64,000 nucleotides of DNA from Candidatus Multivoradales bacterium. Lineage in GTDB: Bacteria > Acidobacteriota > Thermoanaerobaculia > Multivoradales > JAHEKO01. The notes under the pieces were generated by a model that saw only the letters and a program-made list of their open reading frames with translations, did not search any database and was not told the origin of the DNA. The position numbers and the translations under genes are program-made. Within the stretch, counting starts at the first letter, position 1; every line of letters begins with the position of its first letter. The DNA is taken from positions 1,510,206 through 1,574,205 of the forward strand of contig CBDCXM010000009.1 in the NCBI GenBank assembly GCA_965223855.1. Reading direction: 5' to 3'. Positions 1-12,410 of this stretch are shown piece after piece.

Positions 1-723
1 ATCGAGACGATCGCGTGGTCGCTTCTTTTCGGTGCACTGGGATGGGTTCTTTACACCGCGATCGAGCCGTACGGCCGCAAGCTCTGGCCTAACGTGCTGA
101 TCGGTTGGACACGGCTGCTCAACGGTCGCGTCCGCGACCCGCTGGTGGGCAGAACCCTCCTTCTTGGTGGCGTTGTCGGGGTCGTGTGGGCTGTGGCGGC
201 GGTCGGCATCGGTCACCTCACCACAGCCCTGGGTGCGCCACCGCCACCTCCCTGGACCCGGGCGGACGCTCTCGTGATGCAGGCCCCCTGGAACCTGGCG
301 GCCGCCTATCTGATCGACCAACTGATTCCCAGCCTGGTTTTTCCGCTCTGGACTCTTACGGCACTCGTCATCCTGCGGGTAGTCGCGCGCTCCCAGCGTC
401 TCGCCTCCGTGCTTTTCGTCGTCGGTCTTTCCGTCGTGCTGCGGGGGTGGCACGGTGACGGTCTTCCTTTCTGGATCGGCATCGTCGTGAGCGCCCTCTT
501 CTGGGGGGCTGCCTGGTACGTCCTCACCCGTCACGGCTTTCTCGCCGTCGGGGCGATGGTCCTCTTCGTCTCCCTGTCGAGCATGGCGATCGGTGCCGAC
601 CCCGGCACCTGGCACTTTCCGAGGATCTTCGTGCCACTCCTCCTGCTGGCGGCCGTGGCGATCTACGGCTTCGTCGTCTCTCTCGGCGGGCAGAAGCTCT
701 TCCGCGACGTGCTGGCGGACTGA
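1..723 (+). CDS. Polytopic membrane protein, 5'-truncated by window edge
   Basis: Frame-1 ORF is open from nt 1 (IETIAWSLLFGALGWVLYTAIEPYGRKLWPNVLIGW...) to stop at 723. Several hydrophobic TM-like segments. No recognisable family. Confidence 0.45.
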   Translation: METIAWSLLFGALGWVLYTAIEPYGRKLWPNVLIGWTRLLNGRVRDPLVGRTLLLGGVVGVVWAVAAVGIGHLTTALGAPPPPPWTRADALVMQAPWNLAAAYLIDQLIPSLVFPLWTLTALVILRVVARSQRLASVLFVVGLSVVLRGWHGDGLPFWIGIVVSALFWGAAWYVLTRHGFLAVGAMVLFVSLSSMAIGADPGTWHFPRIFVPLLLLAAVAIYGFVVSLGGQKLFRDVLAD

Positions 724-747
724 GCGGCCTTCTCAGCACTCACAGGT

Positions 748-1512
748 GTGAGCGATGATCGGATCGGCGCGTTCCATGGCACAGTCCGAGCCGACGAGGC
801 GCACGGCTTGAGCGCCCAGGCGGTCAGAGCCGAGCTGCGGGCTCTCGCCGACCCCGAGAAGGCTGCCCACTCCCGGGCCTTCTTCAAGGCGGGGCCCGGC
901 CAGTACGGCGAGGGCGATCGCTTCCTCGGGGTGACCGTGCCGGCGCAGCGCAAGGTGGCCAGGCGCTATCGCGACCTCCCGCTCCGCAGCGTGCGGAGCC
1001 TGCTGTGCGATCCGCATCACGAATGCCGCCTGACGGCGCTCCTGATCCTCGTGCTGCAGTTCGAGAGAGGGGGAGAGGCGGAGCGCTCGCGCATCGTGAG
1101 CTTCTACCTCGAGCACCTCGACTTCGTGAACAGCTGGGACCTCGTCGACAGCTCGGCTCACCAGATCCTCGGTGCCTGGCTGGAGGGGCGGGACCGGTCG
1201 GTCCTCGACGAGCTGGCCGCGAGCGGCCACCTCTGGCGCCAGCGGGTGGCGATGATCGCCACCTACCACTTCATCCGGCAGGGTGAGTTCGACGACGCGC
1301 TGAGACTCTCCCGCACACTCCTCGACCACGAGCACGACCTCATCCACAAGGCGGTGGGGTGGATGCTGCGCGAGGTCGGCAACCGGAATCTCGAGGTGGA
1401 GGAGCGCTTCCTCGAACGGCACTATCGCCGGATGCCCCGGACGATGCTGCGCTACGCCATCGAGAAGTTCGAGAAGGCAGAGCGCAGGGCGTATCTGGAG
1501 GGGCGTGTGTAG
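748..1512 (+). CDS. DNA alkylation repair protein (AlkD-like HEAT-repeat family)
   Basis: 254 aa. Pattern 'AHSRAFFKAGPGQYGEGDRFLGVTVPAQRKVARRY ... SWDLVDSSAHQILG ... HDLIHKAVGWMLRE' is typical of the pfam08713 DNA alkylation repair enzyme family. Family assignment is from memory of that pattern. Confidence 0.75.
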   Translation: MSDDRIGAFHGTVRADEAHGLSAQAVRAELRALADPEKAAHSRAFFKAGPGQYGEGDRFLGVTVPAQRKVARRYRDLPLRSVRSLLCDPHHECRLTALLILVLQFERGGEAERSRIVSFYLEHLDFVNSWDLVDSSAHQILGAWLEGRDRSVLDELAASGHLWRQRVAMIATYHFIRQGEFDDALRLSRTLLDHEHDLIHKAVGWMLREVGNRNLEVEERFLERHYRRMPRTMLRYAIEKFEKAERRAYLEGRV

Positions 1513-1548
1513 GGCGCGCCCCGCTGCCCGCTTGCTGGTACCGCCAGG

Positions 1549-2838
1549 TCAATCCAGGGCGACGACGACACCGCCTTGCACCACGAGGACGACGTTCGCG
1601 AGCGAGTCGAGACTCTCCAGCGGGTTCCCGTCGACCACGATCAGATCGGCCAGCTTCCCGGGCTCGAGGCTGCCGAGGTCGTCGCCGCGCCCGAGAAACT
1701 CGGCCGCCCCCAGCGTCGCTGTTCGAAGGACAGCCGCTGTGTCGATGCCGGCCCCGGAAAGCAACTCGAGCTCCCGGTGGTACGCCTCGGCGGGGGCCAG
1801 GTGAGGGCTGTCCGTGCCGAGCGCGAGAGTGTCGCTATCGGCCGCGGCGATGGCGGCGACCGCCCATGTCTGTGCCTCGAGGTCGCGCGCGAGCCCCGCC
1901 GCCATCTCTTCCTGTCCCTCGTCGCGGAGATCTTCGACCCAGTCCGCCAGCACCACGAGGGTGGTGGAGACCCTCGCTTCGTGTTTGCGCATCGCCGCGA
2001 GCAGACGGTCGGCGTCGGCGGTCTTCATCGAGTGAATCACCGGAACGTGGACGAGACGATCGAGCCCGGCCTCGACGGCCGCGATCGCCTGGTCCACGCC
2101 CGAAACATGAGCGTAGGCGAGGAGGCCTTCGGCGTGGATGGCCTCGATCAGCGCAGTCACGAGGTTGCCGTCGAGGGCCGGAAACTCGCTCTCGTTGACG
2201 ACGAACTTGACGAAATCGACTCCTGCGCCGGCGAGCTCCGACACGACGTCTCCGGCTTCTTCCACCGTGGCCACCTCGCGCGCCGCATTCTCGCGACACC
2301 ACGGATTGGGACCTCCGGAATCGAGGAAGCCGCAGAGGGTGACGACCGGGTGGCCCTCGACGGCGGTGACGACCGGCCCTGAGGTGAGCAACCTCGGTCC
2401 CGCCACATCCCCGGAACGAATGCGCCCCCGCACTTCGAGGATGAACGGCCAGTAGTCACCGGTCGAAGCCACGGTCGTGATGCCCGTCCGCAGAAACTCG
2501 CGCAGTCGGTCGGGCAGCCGGTTCGTGAGGTAATCCTCGAGATCGGAAGCCTTCCGCGGTTGTCGCGAGATGTCCTCGATGCTCAGGTGGACGTGCGCGT
2601 CGATCAACCCGGGCAGGACGGTCTTGCCGCTCGCATCGATTCGCTCGGCGTCGGCTGCAGCGATCGGCTCGCCTGAGACAGCGACGATTCGATCGCCCGC
2701 CATCGCGACGAACCCCGGCTCGAGCACGCTCCCGTCTCCGACGACTACGCGGCCGTTCTCGACCACGAGCGTTATCTCCTGCGCCGTGCCCTGCCCGGCG
2801 ATCAGTGCCAGCAGGACCGCCCACACCGCGAGCTTCAT
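1549..2838 (-). CDS. Secreted amidohydrolase family protein (metal-dependent hydrolase)
   Basis: 429 aa. N-terminal signal peptide MKLAVWAVLLALIAGQGTAQ. Contains 'PGLIDAHVHL' and a C-terminal 'GSLEPGKLADLIVVDGNPL' motif, characteristic of the amidohydrolase superfamily. Confidence 0.8.
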   Translation of the reverse strand: MKLAVWAVLLALIAGQGTAQEITLVVENGRVVVGDGSVLEPGFVAMAGDRIVAVSGEPIAAADAERIDASGKTVLPGLIDAHVHLSIEDISRQPRKASDLEDYLTNRLPDRLREFLRTGITTVASTGDYWPFILEVRGRIRSGDVAGPRLLTSGPVVTAVEGHPVVTLCGFLDSGGPNPWCRENAAREVATVEEAGDVVSELAGAGVDFVKFVVNESEFPALDGNLVTALIEAIHAEGLLAYAHVSGVDQAIAAVEAGLDRLVHVPVIHSMKTADADRLLAAMRKHEARVSTTLVVLADWVEDLRDEGQEEMAAGLARDLEAQTWAVAAIAAADSDTLALGTDSPHLAPAEAYHRELELLSGAGIDTAAVLRTATLGAAEFLGRGDDLGSLEPGKLADLIVVDGNPLESLDSLANVVLVVQGGVVVALD

Positions 2839-3039
2839 ACGGGCCTCCTTCTCCTGTCTGATGCGGTCGTATCCTACCGAAGCGTGGCTCCGGTCGGGGG
2901 CGCCAGGTCGGTCTCGGCGCCCCGGGGGCGCTCCCCCGGACTCTGGCTCCCATGGCTACCGGCATCAGCCCCGGGGTCGGACCGCGGGAACCCTTGCGTC
3001 GGCGAATCTGGAGGGCGCGATCAGAACCCGCATCGCCTC

Positions 3040-3075
3040 ATCGAAAAGGCTCCCGGCCGGCGCGGTGGCCGACCG
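3040..3075 (-). terminator. Putative intrinsic terminator downstream of katG
   Basis: Inverted repeat gctcccgg-N16-ccgggagc immediately 3' of the katG stop (3110). Followed on the minus strand by cuuuucg. Confidence 0.35.
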
Positions 3076-3109
3076 GGAGCAGGTTCCGGAAGACGGAGGA
3101 CGGGCTCGC

Positions 3110-5455
<2,346 letters not shown>

Positions 5456-5458
<3 letters not shown>

Positions 5459-6364
5459 GAGATTCACCAGCTTCGCTACTTCCTCGCTGTCGCAGAGACC
5501 GGCAGCTTCACGGCCGCAGCGAAGCGGTGTCACGTCGCCCAGCCGTCGCTGAGTCAGCAGGTGCGCCGGCTCGAAGAGCAGACCGGCTTCCGGCTCTTCG
5601 ACCGCCTTCCGAAAGGCGCGGCGCTCACCGATGCGGGGCGCGCCCTGCTACCGAGGGCGCGACGGATTCTCGCCGACGTTGCCGACGCCGCGGCGGCGGT
5701 CGCCGACGACCTCGAGACCGGCCGGGGTGCCCTCGTCGTCGGGGCGATCCCGACCATGGCGCCCTACCTGCTGCCGGCCATGGCACCTCGCTTTCTTCGC
5801 CGCTTCCCGGAGTGTGAGCTGACCCTGGTCGAGGACTACACCGAGCGGCTTCTCGACAAGCTGATCGACCAGTCGATCGACATGGCGATCCTGAGCACGC
5901 CGATCGACAGCGAGGCCGTTGCCGTCTCTGTGGTCGGTAGCGAGCGGCTCCTCATCGCCGCCCACCGTGACCATGAACTCGTCGCCGAGCTCGACTCCCG
6001 CACGATCGAGGACCTCGACGGCCAACCGACCGTCGTGCTCGACGAACTCCATTGCCTCGGTCAGCAGCTCGAGTCCTTCTGTGCCGCGCGGAGCTTCAGC
6101 CGCAGGATCGTGTGCCGCTCCACCCAGTTGGAGACGATTCTGCGCCTCGTCGCCCTCGGGCTCGGCATCTCCTTCGTCCCCGAGATGTGCGCTCGAGCCG
6201 ACCGCTCGACCAGCCGGCGCTACCTCCGTCTGCGCGACGGCGGACCGGAACGCGAGATCGCAGTCGCCCGGCACGCAGGCCGCCCGCCCTCCCGACTCGC
6301 CTCGGCGTTCGCCGAGCTGTTGAAGGAGGATCTGGAGGCGGGGCGACATCGCGTCGTCCCGTAG
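5456..6364 (+). CDS. oxyR: LysR-family H2O2-sensing regulator OxyR
   Basis: 302 aa. N-terminal LysR HTH (MEIHQLRYFLAVAETGSFTAAAKRCHVAQPSLSQQVRRLE). Redox cysteine pair 'HCLGQQLESFC' with the same C-x8-C spacing as E. coli OxyR C199/C208. Divergent from katG. Confidence 0.8.
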
Positions 6365-6456
6365 GCCCGCGCTCTTGCGTTGTGCGATCTGCAGACTCCA
6401 GCTTCCGGCTGCGACAGGCGCGTTTCGCGAGGAACTACTGAAGGTGGTTTGGAGCC

Positions 6457-7530
6457 TCACTCGTACGAGGCATGACCGGCTATGAGTGCTTCGGCGAGGC
6501 TCCAAGGCGTATCCCAGTCGACCCGGCGTCCGTCGTCAGTGGCGGCGCGATGGACGAATACGAGGTCGAGCTCTCTGATGACGAGCATCAGGTGACCGCC
6601 GGAGCCCTGCGCGGCGACGAGGTTCAGAGTGTCGAGCACCGGCCTACCAGCCGGCTGCGATCCGCGCGGGTAGACCCACCACATGAAGCCGAAACCTGCC
6701 CCTGCTCGGAAGTCGCCGGTGTAGCCGCCGCCCTCGCCGAAAGTGGTCTTTGCCCGCGTGCTCCGCTCGATCCAGGACTCTGGAACGATGGATCGTCCGT
6801 TCCAGTTGCCGCCGTTGAGGACGAGCTGGCCGTAGCGCGCCAGGTCGCGCGCGCTGATGCGAAGCGGGTAGGCGGGGTGCTTCGAGATGGCGGGCTCGAG
6901 AAGGTACTCGCCATCAGAGGCTTCGAAGTCCTGCATGCCGATCGGGCGGGCGATGGCGCGGTAGAACTCGTCGAAGAAGCGTCGGCCGGTTTGCTGCTCG
7001 AAGACCGTGAGCAGCACGTTGAAATCCCAGTTGTTCGACCAGAAGTGAGTGCCCGGCCTGTGACTGCCGCGCGCGGGACGCTCGCGTTTCTTGCCAGCCG
7101 TCTCGTAGGCCGCGGGGTGGTAGACACCCGAACGGCCGCCGAGGAGATCGACCACTCGTGCCTGCTTCTCACCGGCCGAGAGCCGCGAAACATCGTCGAT
7201 ATCGAGATCCGCGAGTGTCGCCTCTAGGTCGATTGCCCCCGTGCCGACGTGAACACCGAAGAGACCGCTCAAGAGTGACTTGCGAATCGAGTGTGCGCTG
7301 AGCTTCTTCTCGATCTCGCCCAAGGAGAGCAGAACCTTCCCTTGGTAGACGACGAAGAGGGCTGCAGAGCCGGCATCCTCTGCATGTTGAACGACTTCAG
7401 ACACAGTTTCCTGCGCCCACCCAGCTTGGCCGGGACCCTGCCATGTCGGCCAGTCAGCGTAGGCCGCATTGGCCGCGTTCGCGACCACTGTAGCGCTGAG
7501 GAGGGCGGCCAGACGAGCATACGTGCGCAT
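6457..7530 (-). CDS. Secreted beta-lactamase-family serine hydrolase (class C/PBP-like)
   Basis: SxxK motif 'SIRKS' after signal peptide MRTYARLAALLSATVVANAANAAYA. Start refined to the third in-frame Met (7530). The upstream part of the tracked ORF is basic and low-complexity. Confidence 0.7.
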   Translation of the reverse strand: MRTYARLAALLSATVVANAANAAYADWPTWQGPGQAGWAQETVSEVVQHAEDAGSAALFVVYQGKVLLSLGEIEKKLSAHSIRKSLLSGLFGVHVGTGAIDLEATLADLDIDDVSRLSAGEKQARVVDLLGGRSGVYHPAAYETAGKKRERPARGSHRPGTHFWSNNWDFNVLLTVFEQQTGRRFFDEFYRAIARPIGMQDFEASDGEYLLEPAISKHPAYPLRISARDLARYGQLVLNGGNWNGRSIVPESWIERSTRAKTTFGEGGGYTGDFRAGAGFGFMWWVYPRGSQPAGRPVLDTLNLVAAQGSGGHLMLVIRELDLVFVHRAATDDGRRVDWDTPWSLAEALIAGHASYE

Positions 7531-7654
7531 GCCCCGACCAGCCGGCTCGGCGCACTCGGCGTGCGACCCTGCGTGAGCGCGGTCCGGAACTCCTTTCGCG
7601 CTCGCTCTGTCAAAGCTATCGACCGTTCTGGCTCTCATTCTTCTTGGAGGCTTC

Positions 7655-8431
7655 TTGTCTCGATACCTGTTGGTCTGCGTAGCTCTCATGGCTCTCCTCG
7701 GCGCTTGCCTGATTGTTCCATCGGCAGTCCACGGAATCGTGATGCGTCACGATCGCCCCGACGAGGCCTACCGCCACCTCGCGACCGACCTCCCCTTCTG
7801 TTCGCTCGAGCTCGGCGGCTGGGGCGGCGGTTGCACCTTGGTCGACCCGTCGTGGCTGGTGACGGCCGCTCACGCCGCTTCGCGCCTCGAGCCAGGCGGC
7901 CCCGTCGAGGTCGATGGCCGAGGGGCGACGATAGCGGAGGTCATCGTTCACCCCGACTTCGACATCACTGACTATCGCAACGACATAGCCCTGATCCGTT
8001 TGAGCGCACCGCTTCGAGGAGCGGAGGTCGTGCAGCTGCACGGAGGTCGCGACGAATCCGGCTTGACCGCGATCTTTGTCGGTCGGGGCTACTTGGGGAC
8101 CGGAAGATCCGGGGCGATCGAGCCTGACAAGGTCGTGCGGGGGGCGGAGAATCGGGTCGAGGCGACGACCGACCACTGGCTCCGTTTTGTTTTCGATGCA
8201 CCGCCTGCCGGCCTGGGCCTGGAGGGGATCAGCGGTCCTGGAGACTCCGGTGGCCCCGCGCTTCTTCGCATCGACAACGGCTGGTCGCTGATTGGGATCA
8301 GTTCCTGGCAGCACCAGGGAGAGGCCGAGATCGGTGGCGTTTACGGCGTGACCGAGTACTACACGAGGGTCTCCTCCTACGTGGAGTGGATTGTCGAGAC
8401 CCTCGAGTATCGGCAACTGGGGTCGCACTGA
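7655..8431 (+). CDS. Secreted trypsin-like serine protease (peptidase S1)
   Basis: Signal peptide, then catalytic triad contexts 'TAAHA' (His), 'DIALIRL' (Asp) and 'GDSGGP' (Ser). Confidence 0.85.
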   Translation: MSRYLLVCVALMALLGACLIVPSAVHGIVMRHDRPDEAYRHLATDLPFCSLELGGWGGGCTLVDPSWLVTAAHAASRLEPGGPVEVDGRGATIAEVIVHPDFDITDYRNDIALIRLSAPLRGAEVVQLHGGRDESGLTAIFVGRGYLGTGRSGAIEPDKVVRGAENRVEATTDHWLRFVFDAPPAGLGLEGISGPGDSGGPALLRIDNGWSLIGISSWQHQGEAEIGGVYGVTEYYTRVSSYVEWIVETLEYRQLGSH

Positions 8432-8439
8432 GGTCGCAG

Positions 8440-9711
8440 TCATCGGTCAGCTCTTTCGGAGCTCACGACCCGCCCGTCTCGAACGACGAGGGATACGTTT
8501 TCGAGGTCCTCTAGCCTCCGAAGTGGATCGCCTTCGACGAGCACCAGGTCTGCAAGATAGCCCGGCGCCAACCGTCCAAGGTCGTCGCTCCGGCCGACGG
8601 CGAAGGCGGCGTGGCCGGTAGCGGCGCAGAGAATCTCCGTCGGAGTCAGGCCTCCCGACTCGAGCAGTTTCATCTCGAGTAGCGGCAGTCCCGGGTCGTG
8701 GAACGCTGGTGCATCGGTGCCGAGAGCGACGCGCCCACCGAGGTCGAGGTACCGGCGCAGGTTGTATTGGACGGCGCGCAATCGCTCGGGAGTCTCGCGC
8801 CACAGGCTGGCGGTGCTCACCAGCACGAAATCCGCAGCTGCCGCCGCCGCCAGGGTGCGGTCCGGGATGGGCTCTGCCGGCGCATGGGCGGCATTGTCGA
8901 CGCCCATCTCGATTATCGCCGCGAGTTCGCCTGGTTGCGTTACATGGGCAGAGACCCTCAGTTTCCGGCGGTTCGCGAGAGCCACGATTCGCTCGACCGT
9001 TGCGGGTTTCAGCACAGGCCAGCCGTCGTCATGAAGATCGCTGGCAAAGCCACGATCGAAGGAGATCTTCAAGTGATCGACCATCGGCGGATCGAGCAGA
9101 TGGGCGAGCGCGGATTCGACCTCTTGCGGTCGATCGATCTCGAGCGCCGACGAGCGTCGCCCGACGAACGGATAGCCCCCCGGCGCCGTCACGATCGGTC
9201 CGGCAATCAGGAGCCGCGGTCCCCTAGGGAATCGAGCGGCGAGTTCCTCACGCCACCGTGAGGGATCGTGGGGCGTGCCCATGTCGACGATAGTGGTCAC
9301 TCCCGCAACGAGCCAGGCGCCTACCGCATCGGTTCCCTCGCGCAAGGCGGAGGCGAGGTGGACGTGGGCATCGAAGAGGCCCGGTAGCGCCACGGCGCCC
9401 TCGCCGTCGATCACATGCGCGAGGTCGGGTACCTGGATTCGTGTCGCAGGTCCGCTGGCAGCGATTCGTCGACCCTCGATTACCACCGCCGCGTCCGGGA
9501 TCGGCTCCGCGCCGCAGCCCTCGATCAGGCGAACGTTTGCGAGAACCAGTGGCTGCGGCGATGGACTATTCGTGGCACGACCGCCACACGCGGCGAGCAG
9601 ACTCACAGCGAAACAGGTGGCGCCCGCAGTTCGGAACTTCGCGAGGATCGTGGTCTCGCGGCTGCGAGCAGCGAGGCGCGCGCGGTGGATGGTCTGTTGC
9701 TGATGGCCCAT
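8440..9711 (-). CDS. Amidohydrolase family lipoprotein
   Basis: Lipobox-like 'LLAACGG'. Contains 'PGLFDAHVHL' and C-terminal 'GRLAPGYLADLVLVEGDPL'. Paralogous to the 1549..2838 amidohydrolase. Start set at the Met of 'MGHQQQT' (9711). Confidence 0.8.
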   Translation of the reverse strand: MGHQQQTIHRARLAARSRETTILAKFRTAGATCFAVSLLAACGGRATNSPSPQPLVLANVRLIEGCGAEPIPDAAVVIEGRRIAASGPATRIQVPDLAHVIDGEGAVALPGLFDAHVHLASALREGTDAVGAWLVAGVTTIVDMGTPHDPSRWREELAARFPRGPRLLIAGPIVTAPGGYPFVGRRSSALEIDRPQEVESALAHLLDPPMVDHLKISFDRGFASDLHDDGWPVLKPATVERIVALANRRKLRVSAHVTQPGELAAIIEMGVDNAAHAPAEPIPDRTLAAAAAADFVLVSTASLWRETPERLRAVQYNLRRYLDLGGRVALGTDAPAFHDPGLPLLEMKLLESGGLTPTEILCAATGHAAFAVGRSDDLGRLAPGYLADLVLVEGDPLRRLEDLENVSLVVRDGRVVSSERADR

Positions 9712-9860
9712 GAGTACAGGTCCAGTCGAAGGAGATCGCGGCGAGCCGGCGATCGTCACCATCCGCCATCCTGTTGCCGATTCCCTAGCCCGAGACCCTG
9801 CACAGCCCGAGCGAGTTCCCGCAGCGCCGACGGGCGGCAGGAAGCGGCTAGACTCCCTGG

Positions 9861-10391
9861 GTGGCGTCGAACATCTCCCTTCTCGAGGAGTTTCTTCCCG
9901 AGTACGAAGTCCGCAGCTGCCACGCAGTCCTGATCGCAGCGCCGAGCGAGAGGGTCATGACGGCCGGCAGCGGACTCGACCTCGAGGCGTCGAGGTCCGT
10001 GCGGTGGCTCTTCCGATTGCGGGGAATTCCGACTGCGGATCTGACTCTGGACGGGATGTTCAGACTCGGCTTCCTCCACCTCGCCGAGAGGGAAGACGAG
10101 TTGCTCCTCGGGATCGTCGGCAAGTTCTGGACCCCGACCGGGCACCTCGTCGAACTGACGCCCGACGAGTTCCGGTCGTTCCGCCGGCCGGGATACGCGA
10201 AGGCGGCCTTCAACTTCAGGGTGGTGCCGGTCGGGGAGGGCGACACCCAGCTGAGCACGGAGACCCGCGTCGCGACCTTCTCGCGGTCGCTGCGGTTCCG
10301 GCTCTACTGGTTCTTCGTCGCGCCCTTCAGCGGCTGGATTCGCCGCGAGATGTTGCGGTTGATCAAGGTACGGGCCGAAGGAGAGATCTGA
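9861..10391 (+). CDS. Hypothetical protein
   Basis: 176-aa ORF with a GTG start and protein-like composition. No motif recognised. Confidence 0.4.
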   Translation: MASNISLLEEFLPEYEVRSCHAVLIAAPSERVMTAGSGLDLEASRSVRWLFRLRGIPTADLTLDGMFRLGFLHLAEREDELLLGIVGKFWTPTGHLVELTPDEFRSFRRPGYAKAAFNFRVVPVGEGDTQLSTETRVATFSRSLRFRLYWFFVAPFSGWIRREMLRLIKVRAEGEI

Positions 10392-10491
10392 AACTGCTTC
10401 CGGATCGATCCGCCCGAGTCGGTCCCGAGGAACGGCGGGCGACACCACTCAGGTGCCGCCCGCCGGATTGGGTTGACTGGACTCGTTACAG

Positions 10492-11691
10492 CTACTGCGC
10501 CGACGTCCCCTCGAGCCGGTCGAGGCGCTCCTGGAGCGCGCCGAGCAGCTCTTCCTGACGGGAGATGGTGTCCTGCTGCTCGAGGGTGTAGAGCGTGAGC
10601 TCTTCGATCTTCTCGAGCAGGGTCATCTGCATCTTGGAGAGGTTGACCGGGCCGGCGAGCTCTTCCGCGGAAGGCACGTTCGGCAGGTGCTTGTTCTCGG
10701 TGATGAAGGACTCGAGCTCGTCGAGCGAGAGCAGATCGTAGTCGTCCTCGAACACGTAGTCGGGAGCGCACGGGCTGCCGGAGCAGGTGTTCGAGAAGAA
10801 GTCGCCGTCGATCGTCAGGTTGCCGTTGCCCGCGAAGGTGAAGGTCGGGCCGCTGAACTTGATGAAGGCGAAGTCGCCGCTGTTGAGCACGTCGAAGTTC
10901 CAGATGCCGCCGTTGGAGGGCACGGAACCGTTGATGATCTCGAAGCGCGGGCGGCCGGCTGCGTTCTCGAGCGAGAGCAGGTTCAGCGTCGAGCTGGAGC
11001 TGCCTTCTACGTGGACGCCGTCGTCGGTGCCGCTGTAGTTGACATGCAGGCTCGCGTCCGGGGAGGTCGTGCCGATGCCGATGTCGCCGTCGCCGGCGAT
11101 GTTGAGGGCGTTCGACGGCGAACCGGGGAAGATCCGGAAGGGCAGCGTCGAGCCGTTCGAGGCGTCGCGAATGAAGAAGCTCGTCTCGTTGCCGGCGACG
11201 TCCCAGCTCTGGGGGGCGAAGCCGCTCGAGCCGTCCTGCTCGAGGCGGAGCGTCGGCGTGTCACCGTCCCGGGAGTGGAGATCGACCACGGGAGTCGAGG
11301 TGCCGAAGCCGATCCGGCCGCCATCGTCGACATAGAGCGAGTTGCTCGGCGCGTTGCCTTCGATGCGGAAGATCGTCCTCCCGGCGGTGGCGTCGTCGAC
11401 CGAGAAGTGGTTGAGGCCGCCGCTCGCGTTCGAGTTGGCGACCAGCCGCCAGTCGGTCGAGGGGAACGAGCCCACCGACGTGTCGAGGAAGTGGATCCGG
11501 AGGTTGTTCTCCTTGAGCCGGATCGTGTCGGAACCGAAGACTTCGCCGTTGACGCAGTCGAAGCCGACACAGAGGCTCCGGAGGATCAGGACGTCGTCGT
11601 TGTGGATGATGTCGGCACCGGCCGGCGTGACCGGAGCCAGGGTCAGCACGCCGGCCGCGATCGCGACGGCGCTGAAAGTTCGCAGAGTCAT
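10492..11691 (-). CDS. Secreted fibre-like protein (Gly/Asn/Ser-rich beta repeats plus C-terminal coiled-coil, tail-fibre/adhesin-like)
   Basis: Signal peptide MTLRTFSAVAIAAGVLTLAPVTPAGA. Long G/N/S/D-rich beta-strand repeat region. C-terminal ~90 aa 'DYDLLSLDELESFITENKHLPNVPSAEEL...LLEKIEELTLYTLEQQ...' is a heptad-rich, trimerisation-like tail. Confidence 0.55.
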   Translation of the reverse strand: MTLRTFSAVAIAAGVLTLAPVTPAGADIIHNDDVLILRSLCVGFDCVNGEVFGSDTIRLKENNLRIHFLDTSVGSFPSTDWRLVANSNASGGLNHFSVDDATAGRTIFRIEGNAPSNSLYVDDGGRIGFGTSTPVVDLHSRDGDTPTLRLEQDGSSGFAPQSWDVAGNETSFFIRDASNGSTLPFRIFPGSPSNALNIAGDGDIGIGTTSPDASLHVNYSGTDDGVHVEGSSSSTLNLLSLENAAGRPRFEIINGSVPSNGGIWNFDVLNSGDFAFIKFSGPTFTFAGNGNLTIDGDFFSNTCSGSPCAPDYVFEDDYDLLSLDELESFITENKHLPNVPSAEELAGPVNLSKMQMTLLEKIEELTLYTLEQQDTISRQEELLGALQERLDRLEGTSAQ

Positions 11692-11718
11692 GTCAGGGTC
11701 CTTTCGCTGGCAGCGAGG

Positions 11719-12192
11719 TCAGTCGACCTGGCGTTCGGCGGGGTCGTCTTCGACGAGCGAGGAGTCGACGACGGCGCCGTTGACGATCATGAAGGAGCCG
11801 CTCACCGTCCAGCCGTGCATGTCGATGCGCTCGCGCTCGGTGTGGGTTGCGGTGTCACGCCCGTTGGCGGGATCGTGCACGACGTTGTTCACCGGCTGGA
11901 ACTCCTGGGTGAGTTCCCACGTGTAGGTACCGTCGGGGCGCGATGCGCCGTCACGATCGTAGAGGCTGAAGACCGGCGTCGCGCCGCGAGTGAAGCGCTC
12001 GGTGACCTCCGTGCCCGGGCCCGAAACGGTGAGCATCACGAGGTCGGCGGGGGCGTCGGCGGCGAAGGCGACTTCCGCTCCCAGGGGCGTTGCGACGACG
12101 GCCGGGTCCTTGGCCATCGCCAGCGGTGCGACCGCGAGGGCCGCCACTGCGAAGGCGAGGATCCAGGAAGTTCGGGGCTGATGCTGCATCAT
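11719..12192 (-). CDS. Small secreted protein, co-oriented directly upstream of the fibre-like gene
   Basis: RBS ggagaggaga precedes ATGATG at 12192. Signal peptide WILAFAVAALAVAPLAMA. 27-nt gap to the downstream gene. Confidence 0.5.
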   Translation of the reverse strand: MMQHQPRTSWILAFAVAALAVAPLAMAKDPAVVATPLGAEVAFAADAPADLVMLTVSGPGTEVTERFTRGATPVFSLYDRDGASRPDGTYTWELTQEFQPVNNVVHDPANGRDTATHTERERIDMHGWTVSGSFMIVNGAVVDSSLVEDDPAERQVD

Positions 12193-12410
12193 TCTCTCCT
12201 CTCCGTTGGTGGGTCTGGATGGGTTTCGCTTTAGGTGGATAGGCGACCGACGGGGCAACTTTGTTACGACGAACACGCCGCGTGTCTCTCGGCGTCGAGC
12301 AGGCGGCGCCCGACGACACCCGCCGTTTGGCTATGCTCCGGCCCCGGGGCACTCCGGCACCCGGGCACTCCGGTACCCAGGAGCAGCCTCCACCTCTGCG
12401 ACCCGAGAAG

